Part shown: positions 8,687 through 17,148 of the stretch, piece by piece
How positions within the stretch are numbered: position 1 is the first letter of the stretch
Layout of the letters: each line of letters opens with the position of its first letter
IMG/VR virus record: IMGVR_UViG_3300048998_000126
Location: 1-63,944 of that record
Strand: one strand, 5' to 3'
DNA from: a virus
Lineage: Duplodnaviria; Caudoviricetes
DNA: 63,944 nucleotides
Notes under the pieces: model-generated
The model's input: the letters and a program-made list of their open reading frames with translations, nothing else
Database searches by the model: none
What the model was told of the DNA's origin: nothing
Translations under genes and position numbers: made by a program

Positions 8687-9596
8687 ACCGAAGAAACCTA
8701 ACCTGGCCTGCGACGCCCCGGACGACATTGTCTTCCCGGTCTACGCCAGCCCGAAGATGGACGGCATCCGTGTCACGGTCTGGAACGGCGTCCCGTTGAC
8801 CCGTGCACTCAAGGACGTGCCGAACCATTACATCCGCGACACGATCAAGGCGGCGAACCTGCCCGCTGTGTTCGATGGCGAGCTGGTCGTGGGCAGCCCG
8901 ATGGCTCACGACTGTATCAACAAGACCACGTCAGGGGTGATGTCCCGCGACGGCCGGCCGGACTTTACGTTTTTCGTGTTCGACTATGTGCCGCTGGACT
9001 TCAGCGACGGAAGCCCGGACAGGAGCAGCACGTTCAGCGAGCGTTCCACTCGTTTGGCTACGCAGACATCGTCGTTTCAGGCGTTCCACCCGTGGTTCAA
9101 GATCCTGGAGCAAAAGCTTATCCAGAGCCCTGAAGAACTGGCGGCGTTCGAAGCTGAGCAGCTTACACTTGGTTTCGAGGGGGTGATCGTCTGCAACCCC
9201 CACGCGCTTTACAAGCACGGCCGCAGCACGGCGAAAGAGCAGGGGAAAATGAAGGTCAAACGCTTCAAGGACGCCGAGGCGATAGTGATCGGAGTTTATG
9301 AGCTGATGCGCAACGACAACCCGGCGACCACCAACGCGCTGGGGCACACCGAGCGCTCCAGCCACAAGGCCAACCTCGTGCCGATGGGCATGCTCGGCGC
9401 GCTGATCTGCCGTACGCCGGAGGGTGTCGAGTTCGAGATCGGTACCGGCTTCACCTACCTGCAACGCACGGTGCTGTGGCAGATGCGGGATCAGTTGGTC
9501 GGCCGGCTCGCGAAGTACAAGTTCTTCCCGGTGGGCGTCAAGGATAAGCCTAGGCACCCGGTGTTCCTGGCGTGGCGTGATTTGTCGGACGTGTGA
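8673..9596 (+). CDS. lig: ATP-dependent DNA ligase (minimal type)
   Basis: Motif I SPKMDGIR, motif III FDGEL, IIIa FFVFD, IV FEGVI, V KVK, and OB-fold GTGF ... PRHPVF. Confidence 0.93.
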   Translation: MTRREPKKPNLACDAPDDIVFPVYASPKMDGIRVTVWNGVPLTRALKDVPNHYIRDTIKAANLPAVFDGELVVGSPMAHDCINKTTSGVMSRDGRPDFTFFVFDYVPLDFSDGSPDRSSTFSERSTRLATQTSSFQAFHPWFKILEQKLIQSPEELAAFEAEQLTLGFEGVIVCNPHALYKHGRSTAKEQGKMKVKRFKDAEAIVIGVYELMRNDNPATTNALGHTERSSHKANLVPMGMLGALICRTPEGVEFEIGTGFTYLQRTVLWQMRDQLVGRLAKYKFFPVGVKDKPRHPVFLAWRDLSDV

Positions 9597-9597
9597 C

Positions 9598-9858
9598 ATG
9601 GCTTTCTCGACGCTGGTTACGGATCTGAACTCGCTGCGCCCCAGCGACGCGGTGTGCGAATACATGGCCGATAAAGGGTTTGTATGGAACAAGACGTTCG
9701 AGAATTTCCACATTCCGATTACTGGGTCGCGAGTGGTGTATCCGACTAAGGCTCGGACAGGGGCAACTTGGGCATGGACCACCGGCAAAACGCGCTGCGG
9801 TAACTTCGACTCGCCGATTACCGCGTACGTGAACGCCGAACTGGCAGGGTGGGAGTGA
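9598..9858 (+). CDS. Small early protein, paralogous family member 10
   Basis: CEYMADKGF ... NFDSPITAYVNAELAGW. Confidence 0.8.
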   Translation: MAFSTLVTDLNSLRPSDAVCEYMADKGFVWNKTFENFHIPITGSRVVYPTKARTGATWAWTTGKTRCGNFDSPITAYVNAELAGWE

Positions 9859-10100
9859 TGGGCAGATCAAGACGCAAGAACAACGATTTTCGTTTCATCC
9901 GTGGGCTCGGCTTCGTTCGCGCTATGCACCAGCCAGCACCGCGGCCGATCATGTTTACCCGAGGCAAGTGCTGCCTGTTCAAGCGCGGCGCGCACTGGTA
10001 CGCGGGGCGGTTAGGCGACGGCGATTTGACTTCGCCGGTCTTCGGATCGAACGCCACGGCGGCTTACCTGTACGCGCTTTGCGAAGGCTGGACGCAATGA
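9858..10100 (+). CDS. Small early protein, paralogous family member 11
   Basis: TGATG coupling. FRFIRGLGF ... VFGSNATAAYLYALCEGW. Confidence 0.75.
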   Translation: MGRSRRKNNDFRFIRGLGFVRAMHQPAPRPIMFTRGKCCLFKRGAHWYAGRLGDGDLTSPVFGSNATAAYLYALCEGWTQ

Positions 10101-10384
10101 GCCTGACAACCAGCCCGTACGCCAAGCCAGACGAGATCGCCTACCTCGAGGCGCGCGGCTACCGCGACACGTGGGGAGGCTGGCGCTTGTTCGAGAAACC
10201 CTTGAGCGGCCATGACGTGGACCGTCGCAACCCCTTTAAAAACGTAGTCCTGAGCCGCTACGTCGACGAACAATACTGCTGGCAGGCGTGCGCTTCGGAG
10301 GTAGCTCATTCGATGGGGCAGCCGTTCCCCGATCCCATAGCAGCCTTTGTTGACGCTGAGATCAGGAACTGGGGGCGGGTATGA
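10097..10384 (+). CDS. Small early protein, paralogous family member 12
   Basis: ATGA overlap. DEIAYLEARGY ... PFPDPIAAFVDAEIRNW. Confidence 0.8.
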   Translation: MSLTTSPYAKPDEIAYLEARGYRDTWGGWRLFEKPLSGHDVDRRNPFKNVVLSRYVDEQYCWQACASEVAHSMGQPFPDPIAAFVDAEIRNWGRV

Positions 10385-10629
10385 AACACAAGGACAGGGA
10401 GTTCTTTCGCGATTTGGGTTGGAAGCAGTTTCATAACAACTGCGACAACGACTGGCACGACGTTAGTACGGGGCGCTACGTGCAGATATCTTGGAACCAG
10501 GGCGTTTCGTATTGGCGCGCTATTCACAGCACCAGCGGCCCCGCCGCACGCTACTGGATAGGGCCTCGGCTAGATTGCCCGATTGCGGCCTACGTCCACG
10601 CGGAGCTGGAAAACTGGGGAGAACCCTAA
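10381..10629 (+). CDS. Small early protein, paralogous family member 13
   Basis: ATGA overlap. DREFFRDLGW ... RLDCPIAAYVHAELENW. Confidence 0.8.
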   Translation: MKHKDREFFRDLGWKQFHNNCDNDWHDVSTGRYVQISWNQGVSYWRAIHSTSGPAARYWIGPRLDCPIAAYVHAELENWGEP

Positions 10630-10889
10630 TGGCATTTACCAGCGACGAAATACAGTTCATGGCTGCGCACGGCTGGGATATACAGCCCGACGGCGTGACG
10701 TTCCGAGATCGTAGCTACCGGGAGACGAGCTGGATTGAACACGGCCCGTTCGGTTGGCAGATGGTCACTGATCACATCGGGAACGACCAGTTCGGCGAGT
10801 TCGACCATCGTGTGACTAGAAGCGAGACCTTCGACAGCCCTATCGCTGTCGTCGTATCAATGGAAATAGACCGGAGCAACAACCAATGA
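10629..10889 (+). CDS. Small early protein, paralogous family member 14
   Basis: TAATG coupling. SDEIQFMAAHGW ... TFDSPIAVVVSMEIDRSN. Confidence 0.8.
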   Translation: MAFTSDEIQFMAAHGWDIQPDGVTFRDRSYRETSWIEHGPFGWQMVTDHIGNDQFGEFDHRVTRSETFDSPIAVVVSMEIDRSNNQ

Positions 10890-11671
10890 GCGATACAACC
10901 GTACCAACAGGTCCGCGCCACGTCTCGATTGACCTCGAGACACTGGGCATCAAGCCCACCGCTTTGATCCTCTCCATCGGCGCCGTGGCGTTCGATCCGA
11001 AGACCGGCGAGCAGACCGACGACGGCTTCTATCGGATCGTCGACATCGCCCACGCCATCGGCGGCGGAGACATCGACCCCAGCACCGTCAACTGGTGGAT
11101 GAAGCAGTCGCAGGCGGCGCGCGACGAGATCTTCGGCGACGTCAACGCAGAGCAGCGGGTAAACCTGCGCGTGGCCCTGAGCGAGCTGAGCGACTACCTG
11201 GGCTTCAGCGAGGCCATCCCCGAGGGCGAGTTCCCGGATCTGGTTCTATGGGCGCGAGGGAGCAAGGACGAGCAGTGGCTGGACTCGGCTTACAAGGGCA
11301 TGCAGCTGGCTCCGCCGTTCGCGTACTGGCAGTGGAAGGACGAGCGCACGTTTACCGGCTACTTCAAACAGTTCCTGCCGGACCGCGGCGAGCTGGTGGC
11401 ACACAATGCGTTCGACGATGCCTTGTACCAATCGCTCTGCGTGAGCGCGGTGTTCCGCCGGCTGGCTGCTATCGGCCATAACGTGGGCTGGAAGAAAGCC
11501 GAGAAAATCACGACTGTCGTGAATTCTGAAAACGAAGGCTCGGAGGTAGAGCCGTGGGTTGGCCATGCGGCGCCGGCTTACATCGCTCCGCCGCCAGCGG
11601 ACGTGTCGGACTGGGAAGACAGTCATAAGGTCGACCCAGAAAATGACCACCCGAATACGGCCCATTCCTAA
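10886..11671 (+). CDS. DEDDh-family 3'-5' exonuclease
   Basis: VSIDLETLG (Exo I), ILSIGAV, T..WW..Q and HNAFDDA (Exo III). Confidence 0.85.
   Translation: MSDTTVPTGPRHVSIDLETLGIKPTALILSIGAVAFDPKTGEQTDDGFYRIVDIAHAIGGGDIDPSTVNWWMKQSQAARDEIFGDVNAEQRVNLRVALSELSDYLGFSEAIPEGEFPDLVLWARGSKDEQWLDSAYKGMQLAPPFAYWQWKDERTFTGYFKQFLPDRGELVAHNAFDDALYQSLCVSAVFRRLAAIGHNVGWKKAEKITTVVNSENEGSEVEPWVGHAAPAYIAPPPADVSDWEDSHKVDPENDHPNTAHS
11508..11522. promoter_or_regulatory. Palindrome TCACGACTGTCGTGA (intragenic)
   Basis: Exact copy in the 3' tail of the exonuclease gene (ITTVV). Confidence 0.65.
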
Positions 11672-11682
11672 ACCGGCCTAGA

Positions 11683-11728
11683 TTGTACACGGGTGTCCAG
11701 TTATTATACTCGACACCCGTTTTTGTTT
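11683..11728 (+). terminator. Intrinsic terminator-like hairpin overlapping a putative sigma70 promoter
   Basis: ACGGGTGTC(11689-97)/GACACCCGT(11712-20) stem followed by TTTTGTTT; TTGTAC-16 nt-TATACT is superimposed. Confidence 0.6.
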
Positions 11729-11741
11729 GAGGAGAACCACC

Positions 11742-11975
11742 ATGACCGACTGGGCCAAGGCCTACAACGGCCTATCCGCCGCAGGCTTCACCGACGACCA
11801 GATCGCTGGGCTGGCGGGGGTGACCCGCGCCGTTATCAACTCGGTGCGCAATGGCAACTACGCGTTCAGGCACGAGCCCGGCTACGAGGGCGGCAAGACC
11901 GTTCTGGCCAACCTGACCCACGCCATCGACATGGGCTGGATCGATCACGATCCCCTAGCGGAGCCGACACCATGA
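11742..11975 (+). CDS. Small HTH (Cro/XRE-like) DNA-binding protein
   Basis: GAGGAG SD; GFTDDQIAGLAGVTRAVINSVRNG...EP.Y fits an HTH pattern. Confidence 0.7.
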   Translation: MTDWAKAYNGLSAAGFTDDQIAGLAGVTRAVINSVRNGNYAFRHEPGYEGGKTVLANLTHAIDMGWIDHDPLAEPTP

Positions 11976-12121
11976 AAAATGCTCTCTTCCTCGCCATGCT
12001 ATTCCTGTTCGGGGCAATCAGCTACGGCGTGTCCGGCCTCGGCGAGGCGCAGCACATAGTCGTAATGACAGGGGTGGTTGTCCTTATGTGGACTACGAAG
12101 CTGTGGGAGTCGATGCCGTGA
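11972..12121 (+). CDS. Small membrane protein
   Basis: ATGA overlap; 49 aa with two hydrophobic stretches. Confidence 0.55.
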   Translation: MKNALFLAMLFLFGAISYGVSGLGEAQHIVVMTGVVVLMWTTKLWESMP

Positions 12122-14238
12122 CCCAACTCTACCCCTGGACGTTCGACGCCGAGTCGTACTACACCGACAAAGCCAACGGCGAGTACAGCCTTACCTGGCT
12201 GACCCCCGAGCAGTACATCCGCGACCCGCGCTTCGAACTGATCGGCTTCAGTCTCAAGCCAGGCGACGGCGAGACCCGTTGGTTCACTGGTACCCTCGAG
12301 TACCTGCGCGCTGTAGCGCAGTCGCTGGACTGGTCAAAGATCCTTGTCATCGGCCACAACATGAGCGAGTTCGATGCGCTGATCCTGACCGAAGTCCTCC
12401 TCGTTAAGCCCGCGGCCTACGCCTGCACCATGCAGATGGCCCGCGCTATCCACGGCGGCAAGTCGGCGGACGGCAAGCAGTTCAGCGCCAGCCTCGAGAA
12501 GGTCGCCATGTTCTACGGCCTGCCGCCCAAAGGGCAGGAGGTCAAGTACGCGATCAACAAGCGCCGGCTGGACTTCACCCAGTGGCAGATCGACCAGTAC
12601 GGCGGGTATTGCAACCTCGACGTCGACCTGTGCTGGGCACTCTACAACCTGATGTCGGCGAAGATGCCGCCGCAGTCCATGTGGATGGCCAACCTGTGCA
12701 CGAAGATGTTCGCCCAGCCCCGACTGGCACTGGACGCCCCGCTGCTGGATCTGATGGCGCAGGACATGCAGGTTCGCAAGGCTGGTCTGATGGAACGTGT
12801 CGCAACCATTCTCAACGTGCCCGCCGGCCCTGACCGTATGCTCGCCACCCAGAAGGTGCTGCGTCAGGACAAGATCCTCGCGCAGGTACTGGAGAAGCAG
12901 TACGACGTCGAGCCACCGATGAAGTGGTCAGTCAAGCAGAGCAAGATGGTTTACGCCTTCGCCAAAACCGACGAGGGGATGGAAGCGCTGCTGGACTTCG
13001 AGGACGAGTCGGACCCTGAGGGCGCCGAAGACATACAGGCGCTGGCAGCGGCCCGTCTAAGCGTGAAGTCGACGCTCGCCGAGTCCCGTGTCGAGCGCTT
13101 CCGTGGCATCGCCTCGCGCGGCCTGCTGCCGGTCCCACTGTCCTACGGCAAGACCCACACGGATCGACTGGCAGGTAGCCAGAAGATCAACATGCAGAAC
13201 ATGGGCGGTACCAAGTTCGTCAACAAGAAGACCCCCACCGGCGCGCTGCTGCGCACGCACAGGGGTATCGAGCGGCTGCTGGCGTTCAATGAACCGACGA
13301 TGCAGGTGAAGGTCGCCGACGGCACGATCCTCGACATCATGGACGCAAAGAAGGAAATGCAGATCTGGGTGGTCGGCCTGCGCGACTGTATCGTGGCGCC
13401 GCCGGGATTCAAGATCGTCGTGGTCGACTCCAGCCAGATCGAGCTGCGGGTGTGCCACCTGCTGGCCGGCCAGCTGGATACGGTCGACGAGCTGCGCCGC
13501 GGGATCGACGTCTACTCCTCGTTTGCCTCCACCGTCTACAACCGGCCGATCACCAAAAAGGACAAGAAGGAACGCCAGCACGGTAAGGTCGGCATGCTCC
13601 AGCTTCAATACCAGGCCGGCGGCAAGTCGTTCAAGAACGCCGCTCGGATCATGGGCGGCGTCCGGCTGAACGATGACGAAGCACACGCCACCGTCAAGAC
13701 CTATCGCGACCGGTTCACCGAGGTGGTGGGCTTCTGGCGCAAGTGCCAGCACTCGATCAAGAAGATGAACCAGGGCGGCGGGCAGTACCTGGATCAGTGG
13801 GGTCTGGTGAAGATCGAGCACAACCGGCTGACCATGAACGGCCGGCTGCCACTCCAGTACCAGAACCTGCGCGAGGAGCTGCTTTCCTTCGACGGTCGCG
13901 ACCCAGAGATGATGTGGGTCTACGACGACAAGGAGAAGCGCTACGCCAAGAAGATCTACGGCGGCAGCGTCACGGAGAACCTGTGCCAGTGGATCGCCGG
14001 CAGCGTGGTTAAAGACCAGACCCTGGAGCTGGAAGCCGAGTTCGGTAACTACCAGCAGCACGGCGAGGGCGTCGTCCTGATGGTCCACGACGAAGCGGTT
14101 CTATGCGTGCGCGAGGAGAAGGCTGATCACTGCCTGAAGCGCGCTATCGAGACTTTCAGCGTGGCGCCAGCGTGGTGGAACCAGTTGCCAGTGGCTGCCG
14201 AGGGCGGAATAGGCGACAGATACTCGGAGGCTAAATAA
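12118..14238 (+). CDS. polA: Family A DNA polymerase with N-terminal 3'-5' exonuclease
   Basis: Exo DAE and GHNxxEFD; motif A VDSSQIELRV; motif B RQHGKVGMLQLQY; motif C VHDE. GTG start overlaps the upstream stop. Confidence 0.93.
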   Translation: MTQLYPWTFDAESYYTDKANGEYSLTWLTPEQYIRDPRFELIGFSLKPGDGETRWFTGTLEYLRAVAQSLDWSKILVIGHNMSEFDALILTEVLLVKPAAYACTMQMARAIHGGKSADGKQFSASLEKVAMFYGLPPKGQEVKYAINKRRLDFTQWQIDQYGGYCNLDVDLCWALYNLMSAKMPPQSMWMANLCTKMFAQPRLALDAPLLDLMAQDMQVRKAGLMERVATILNVPAGPDRMLATQKVLRQDKILAQVLEKQYDVEPPMKWSVKQSKMVYAFAKTDEGMEALLDFEDESDPEGAEDIQALAAARLSVKSTLAESRVERFRGIASRGLLPVPLSYGKTHTDRLAGSQKINMQNMGGTKFVNKKTPTGALLRTHRGIERLLAFNEPTMQVKVADGTILDIMDAKKEMQIWVVGLRDCIVAPPGFKIVVVDSSQIELRVCHLLAGQLDTVDELRRGIDVYSSFASTVYNRPITKKDKKERQHGKVGMLQLQYQAGGKSFKNAARIMGGVRLNDDEAHATVKTYRDRFTEVVGFWRKCQHSIKKMNQGGGQYLDQWGLVKIEHNRLTMNGRLPLQYQNLREELLSFDGRDPEMMWVYDDKEKRYAKKIYGGSVTENLCQWIAGSVVKDQTLELEAEFGNYQQHGEGVVLMVHDEAVLCVREEKADHCLKRAIETFSVAPAWWNQLPVAAEGGIGDRYSEAK

Positions 14239-14354
14239 TGATGAAGCGACTTATTCCTTTGGTGATTCTCGGGTTGGCTATGTGGGCCGTCGGAATCTAC
14301 GCGGCGTACACCGTTCTAGCGTGGGCTTTTGGGGCGCTATGTGAGCTGCCCTGA
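14238..14354 (+). CDS. Small hydrophobic peptide (38 aa)
   Basis: GGAGG SD and TAATG coupling; MMKRLIPLVILGLAMWAVGIYAAYTVLAWAF... Not in the ORF track. Confidence 0.5.
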   Translation: MMKRLIPLVILGLAMWAVGIYAAYTVLAWAFGALCELP

Positions 14355-14652
14355 AGATCCTTGGGACTGGCACCCTACCGGCGTAAAATGTCAGGACAAA
14401 CATACCTGGATCGTCTATCTGACTTTCCGTATCCGGGAGTGCCACGATTGTGGCGCTGCCGAACCACTTTGGGCCGACTTTGGTTTCGGCAGGATAGGGC
14501 TTTCCGATGAAGAACATTTCCCCGAACAGCAACGACCGTCTACGGATCGGCCTGACGAAGTCGCTGGAGACGTTCGACGCGCTGATCAAGACGATCAGAT
14601 GCCCGAAAACTCGCCGCGTGCTGGAGAGCAAGGCTGCCGCCACCCGGGCTAA
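14341..14652 (+). CDS. Hypothetical protein with CxxC (uncertain)
   Basis: C..KH.W...ECHDCG motif; the 3' half overlaps a competing ORF. Confidence 0.4.
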   Translation: MSCPEDPWDWHPTGVKCQDKHTWIVYLTFRIRECHDCGAAEPLWADFGFGRIGLSDEEHFPEQQRPSTDRPDEVAGDVRRADQDDQMPENSPRAGEQGCRHPG

Positions 14653-14674
14653 AGTCGAGCAGGTCCGCGACTGA
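14507..14674 (+). CDS. Hypothetical protein (55 aa)
   Basis: MKNISPNSNDRLRIG...VEQVRD; its TGA overlaps the methyltransferase ATG. Confidence 0.5.
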   Translation: MKNISPNSNDRLRIGLTKSLETFDALIKTIRCPKTRRVLESKAAATRAKVEQVRD

Positions 14675-15546
14675 TGGCCATCGGGACGTACCGGGTAAGG
14701 ACCGGCAACTGCGTGGACTCGATGCAGCTGATGCCCGAGCAGTGCGTCCATATGTGCGTAACCAGTCCGCCGTACTTCGGGCTGCGCGACTACGGTATGG
14801 AGGAACAGATCGGGCTGGAGCAGCGCGCACCGGAGTATGTAGCCAATCTGGTAACGGTGTTTGACGAAGTGAAACGGGTGCTGCGCGATGATGGCGTGTG
14901 CTTCGTGAACATCGGGGACACTTACGCGGGTTTCAAAGATGGCAAGTTCCCGCCACAGAGTCAGGCCAACGGTAACCAGCGTGGCATGCCTGTAAGCGGA
15001 GCGCCGCACAGGAACAAGGCATTGCTCCAGCTCGACGGCTTCAAGAACAAGGAACTTATGGGTATCCCATGGCGCTTTGCTTTCGCGATGCAGGACGCGG
15101 GATGGTATCTCAGGCAGGAAATTATCTGGGCCAAGCCGAACTATACGCCGGAGAAGGTTCGCGACCGCTTCGTTCGCAGCCACGAGCACCTGTTCCTGTT
15201 CAGCAAAAAAGATCGCTACTGGTTCGATGGCGACGCGGTCAGGGTACCGGACGCTAACGGGGGCGACAAACTTCGTTCAGACGTGTGGCAGGTTCCTGTA
15301 AGTACCTTCAAGGGTGCCCACTTTGCGACCTTCCCCATCGGGCTGGTGGAACCCTGCGTACTCGCGGGGTGCCCGGAAGGAGGTGTGGTTATCGACCCCT
15401 TCGGTGGTAGCGGTACCACGGCCGGCGTAGCTACTGCGCTCGGTCGTAACGCCGCGCTGTGCGAGCTGAACCCAGAATTCTCGGCGTTGGTACCCGCTCG
15501 GGTGGCCGAGATCCATAAACATTACGCTGCAAGGAACCAAGTATGA
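14674..15546 (+). CDS. Orphan DNA amino-methyltransferase, beta class (N4-C/N6-A)
   Basis: Catalytic TSPPY precedes the SAM-binding DPFGGSGTT; IIWAKPN and HFATFP motifs. Confidence 0.92.
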   Translation: MAIGTYRVRTGNCVDSMQLMPEQCVHMCVTSPPYFGLRDYGMEEQIGLEQRAPEYVANLVTVFDEVKRVLRDDGVCFVNIGDTYAGFKDGKFPPQSQANGNQRGMPVSGAPHRNKALLQLDGFKNKELMGIPWRFAFAMQDAGWYLRQEIIWAKPNYTPEKVRDRFVRSHEHLFLFSKKDRYWFDGDAVRVPDANGGDKLRSDVWQVPVSTFKGAHFATFPIGLVEPCVLAGCPEGGVVIDPFGGSGTTAGVATALGRNAALCELNPEFSALVPARVAEIHKHYAARNQV

Positions 15547-16661
15547 GACTTATCATCGCAGGCTCGCGTACCGCCGGTACCGAGGCGGACTACGCAGCCC
15601 TGAAACACTTCGCCCAAACCAGCGGAATGCCGCGCCCGAACGAGATCATCACGGGCGACGCGCGCGGCGCTGACAAGCTGGGCAACCGCTTGGCACAGGA
15701 GTTTGGCATCCCGCTGAAGACTTTCGTACCGGACTGGGATCGTCTCGGCAAAGGTGCTGGGCACCTGCGCAACGGCGACATGGCGGTCTACGCCAGCGAC
15801 GAGCCAAACAGCGGCCTGATCGCGATCTGGGACGGCCAGAGCACGGGTACCGCTGGCATGATCGAAGTTGCCAAGCGCTACGGTCTGCATGTCGCCATCA
15901 TCCCGGCTACGCAGGCCTTGCCAGACCCTCGTGCCGTGCTCCCGCTCAAGGACATCACGCCGCCCGACCCGTACATCTTTCCCCAGTCTCACAGCTCGCT
16001 GAACGTGTTCGAGACGTGTCCGCGCCAGTACGAGGCGAAGTACATAATCAAGGACTCGCCTTACGTACAGAGCAAGGAGGCAGCATTCGGCGACGAAGTC
16101 CACAACGCTCTGGAGGCGTACCTGAAGGCGAATGGTCAGATGGCCATGCCGAGCAACATGGTCCAGTACAAGACGTGGGGCGACTGGGTGCTGGCTCGAG
16201 CGGCGCAGAAAGGGGGCATCGTACACGCCGAACGTAAGTCGGCGGTGAGCCGCGACAAAGTGGCAGTCAGCTATCAGGCGCGCAACCGTTGGATAGGCGG
16301 GAAGATCGACGTCACCATCGTCTACCCGAACCACGGCGAGGCCGAGGTGTTCGACTGGAAGACCGGGAAGGTAAAGAACGATCAGACCCAGCTCCAGCTG
16401 TATGGTGCGCTGGGTCTGGCCGACTTCCCCGACGTCCATACAGTCCGCGCTGGCTACATCTGGCTGGCGCACGGTACCATCTCGCCACCATCGGTGTACG
16501 CCCGCGAGGACTACGCTCAGCACTGGGATACGTTCGAGCACAAGTATCTCCAGTTGCAGGACGCCTACCGCCGCGGTGTGTTCCCGCCAAAACCAAACGG
16601 ACTGTGCCAGAAGTGGTGCGACGTCAAACGCTGTGAGTTCCACGGCAAGGGGAGAAGATGA
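15543..16661 (+). CDS. SLOG (YspA/DUF2493-like) domain fused to a Cas4/RecB-like PD-(D/E)xK exonuclease
   Basis: N-term IIAGSR, GDARGAD, GAGHLRN..M, WDGQSTGT; C-term SHSSL..F..CP, GKID, DWKTG, QLxLY and three terminal Cys. Confidence 0.85.
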   Translation: MRLIIAGSRTAGTEADYAALKHFAQTSGMPRPNEIITGDARGADKLGNRLAQEFGIPLKTFVPDWDRLGKGAGHLRNGDMAVYASDEPNSGLIAIWDGQSTGTAGMIEVAKRYGLHVAIIPATQALPDPRAVLPLKDITPPDPYIFPQSHSSLNVFETCPRQYEAKYIIKDSPYVQSKEAAFGDEVHNALEAYLKANGQMAMPSNMVQYKTWGDWVLARAAQKGGIVHAERKSAVSRDKVAVSYQARNRWIGGKIDVTIVYPNHGEAEVFDWKTGKVKNDQTQLQLYGALGLADFPDVHTVRAGYIWLAHGTISPPSVYAREDYAQHWDTFEHKYLQLQDAYRRGVFPPKPNGLCQKWCDVKRCEFHGKGRR

Positions 16662-16819
16662 AACGGCTAACCGTGCATATCGAATGGCCGACAGGCTCCG
16701 AAGATGTAGACGTAGAACTAGCCGGGGATGAAACCTCGGAACAAATCGACGAGATAGCGCAAGAGACCTTTTATGGCGTTTGCAACTACGGGTTTTCTAT
16801 CGACGGAGAACCGCAGTGA
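16658..16819 (+). CDS. Small acidic hypothetical protein (53 aa)
   Basis: GGAG SD with ATGA and GTGA overlaps at the two ends. Not in the ORF track. Confidence 0.6.
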   Translation: MKRLTVHIEWPTGSEDVDVELAGDETSEQIDEIAQETFYGVCNYGFSIDGEPQ

Positions 16820-17148
16820 ACCGCTGCTGGGAATGGATAGCCCTCGCGTTCCTGCTGGGTACGATGACCATCGGCGTATGCCGATGGCTTGTCAGCCGGG
16901 AGCGACGCCGGGCGCGCGAGGCGCTTGGGTGGCAGAACTTCATACAGGGGCTGATGCGCATCACCATCAAGCCCACCGACATGCAGGCCATACGCCGCGC
17001 GATGGCTGATCTGCGCGAGGAGCAAGGTTTTAGCGGGGAGTGGGAAGATCGGTTTACTGCGGTGATCCGTTCGCGGGTGCGCAGCGACGGCAAGCTCCCA
17101 CTCGAGTACGCCATCTTCTGCCTGCGCATGGAACTGGAGGGTTACTGA
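16816..17148 (+). CDS. Hypothetical protein with N-terminal TM segment
   Basis: GTG overlaps the upstream stop; WIALAFLLGTMTIGV is hydrophobic. Confidence 0.6.
   Translation: MNRCWEWIALAFLLGTMTIGVCRWLVSRERRRAREALGWQNFIQGLMRITIKPTDMQAIRRAMADLREEQGFSGEWEDRFTAVIRSRVRSDGKLPLEYAIFCLRMELEGY

Noticed and set aside
8906-8915. Eighth copy of the TCACGACWGTCGTGA palindrome
   Set aside because: Only TCACGACTGT matches (one arm); this could be chance within the ligase CDS.
13210-13375. Intein in the DNA polymerase
   Set aside because: Too short, and lacks the N-terminal Cys/Ser and C-terminal His-Asn signature.
15975-16661. Cas4 as part of a CRISPR-Cas locus
   Set aside because: No repeat-spacer array or other cas genes were seen; solo Cas4-like exonucleases are routine in phage replication modules.
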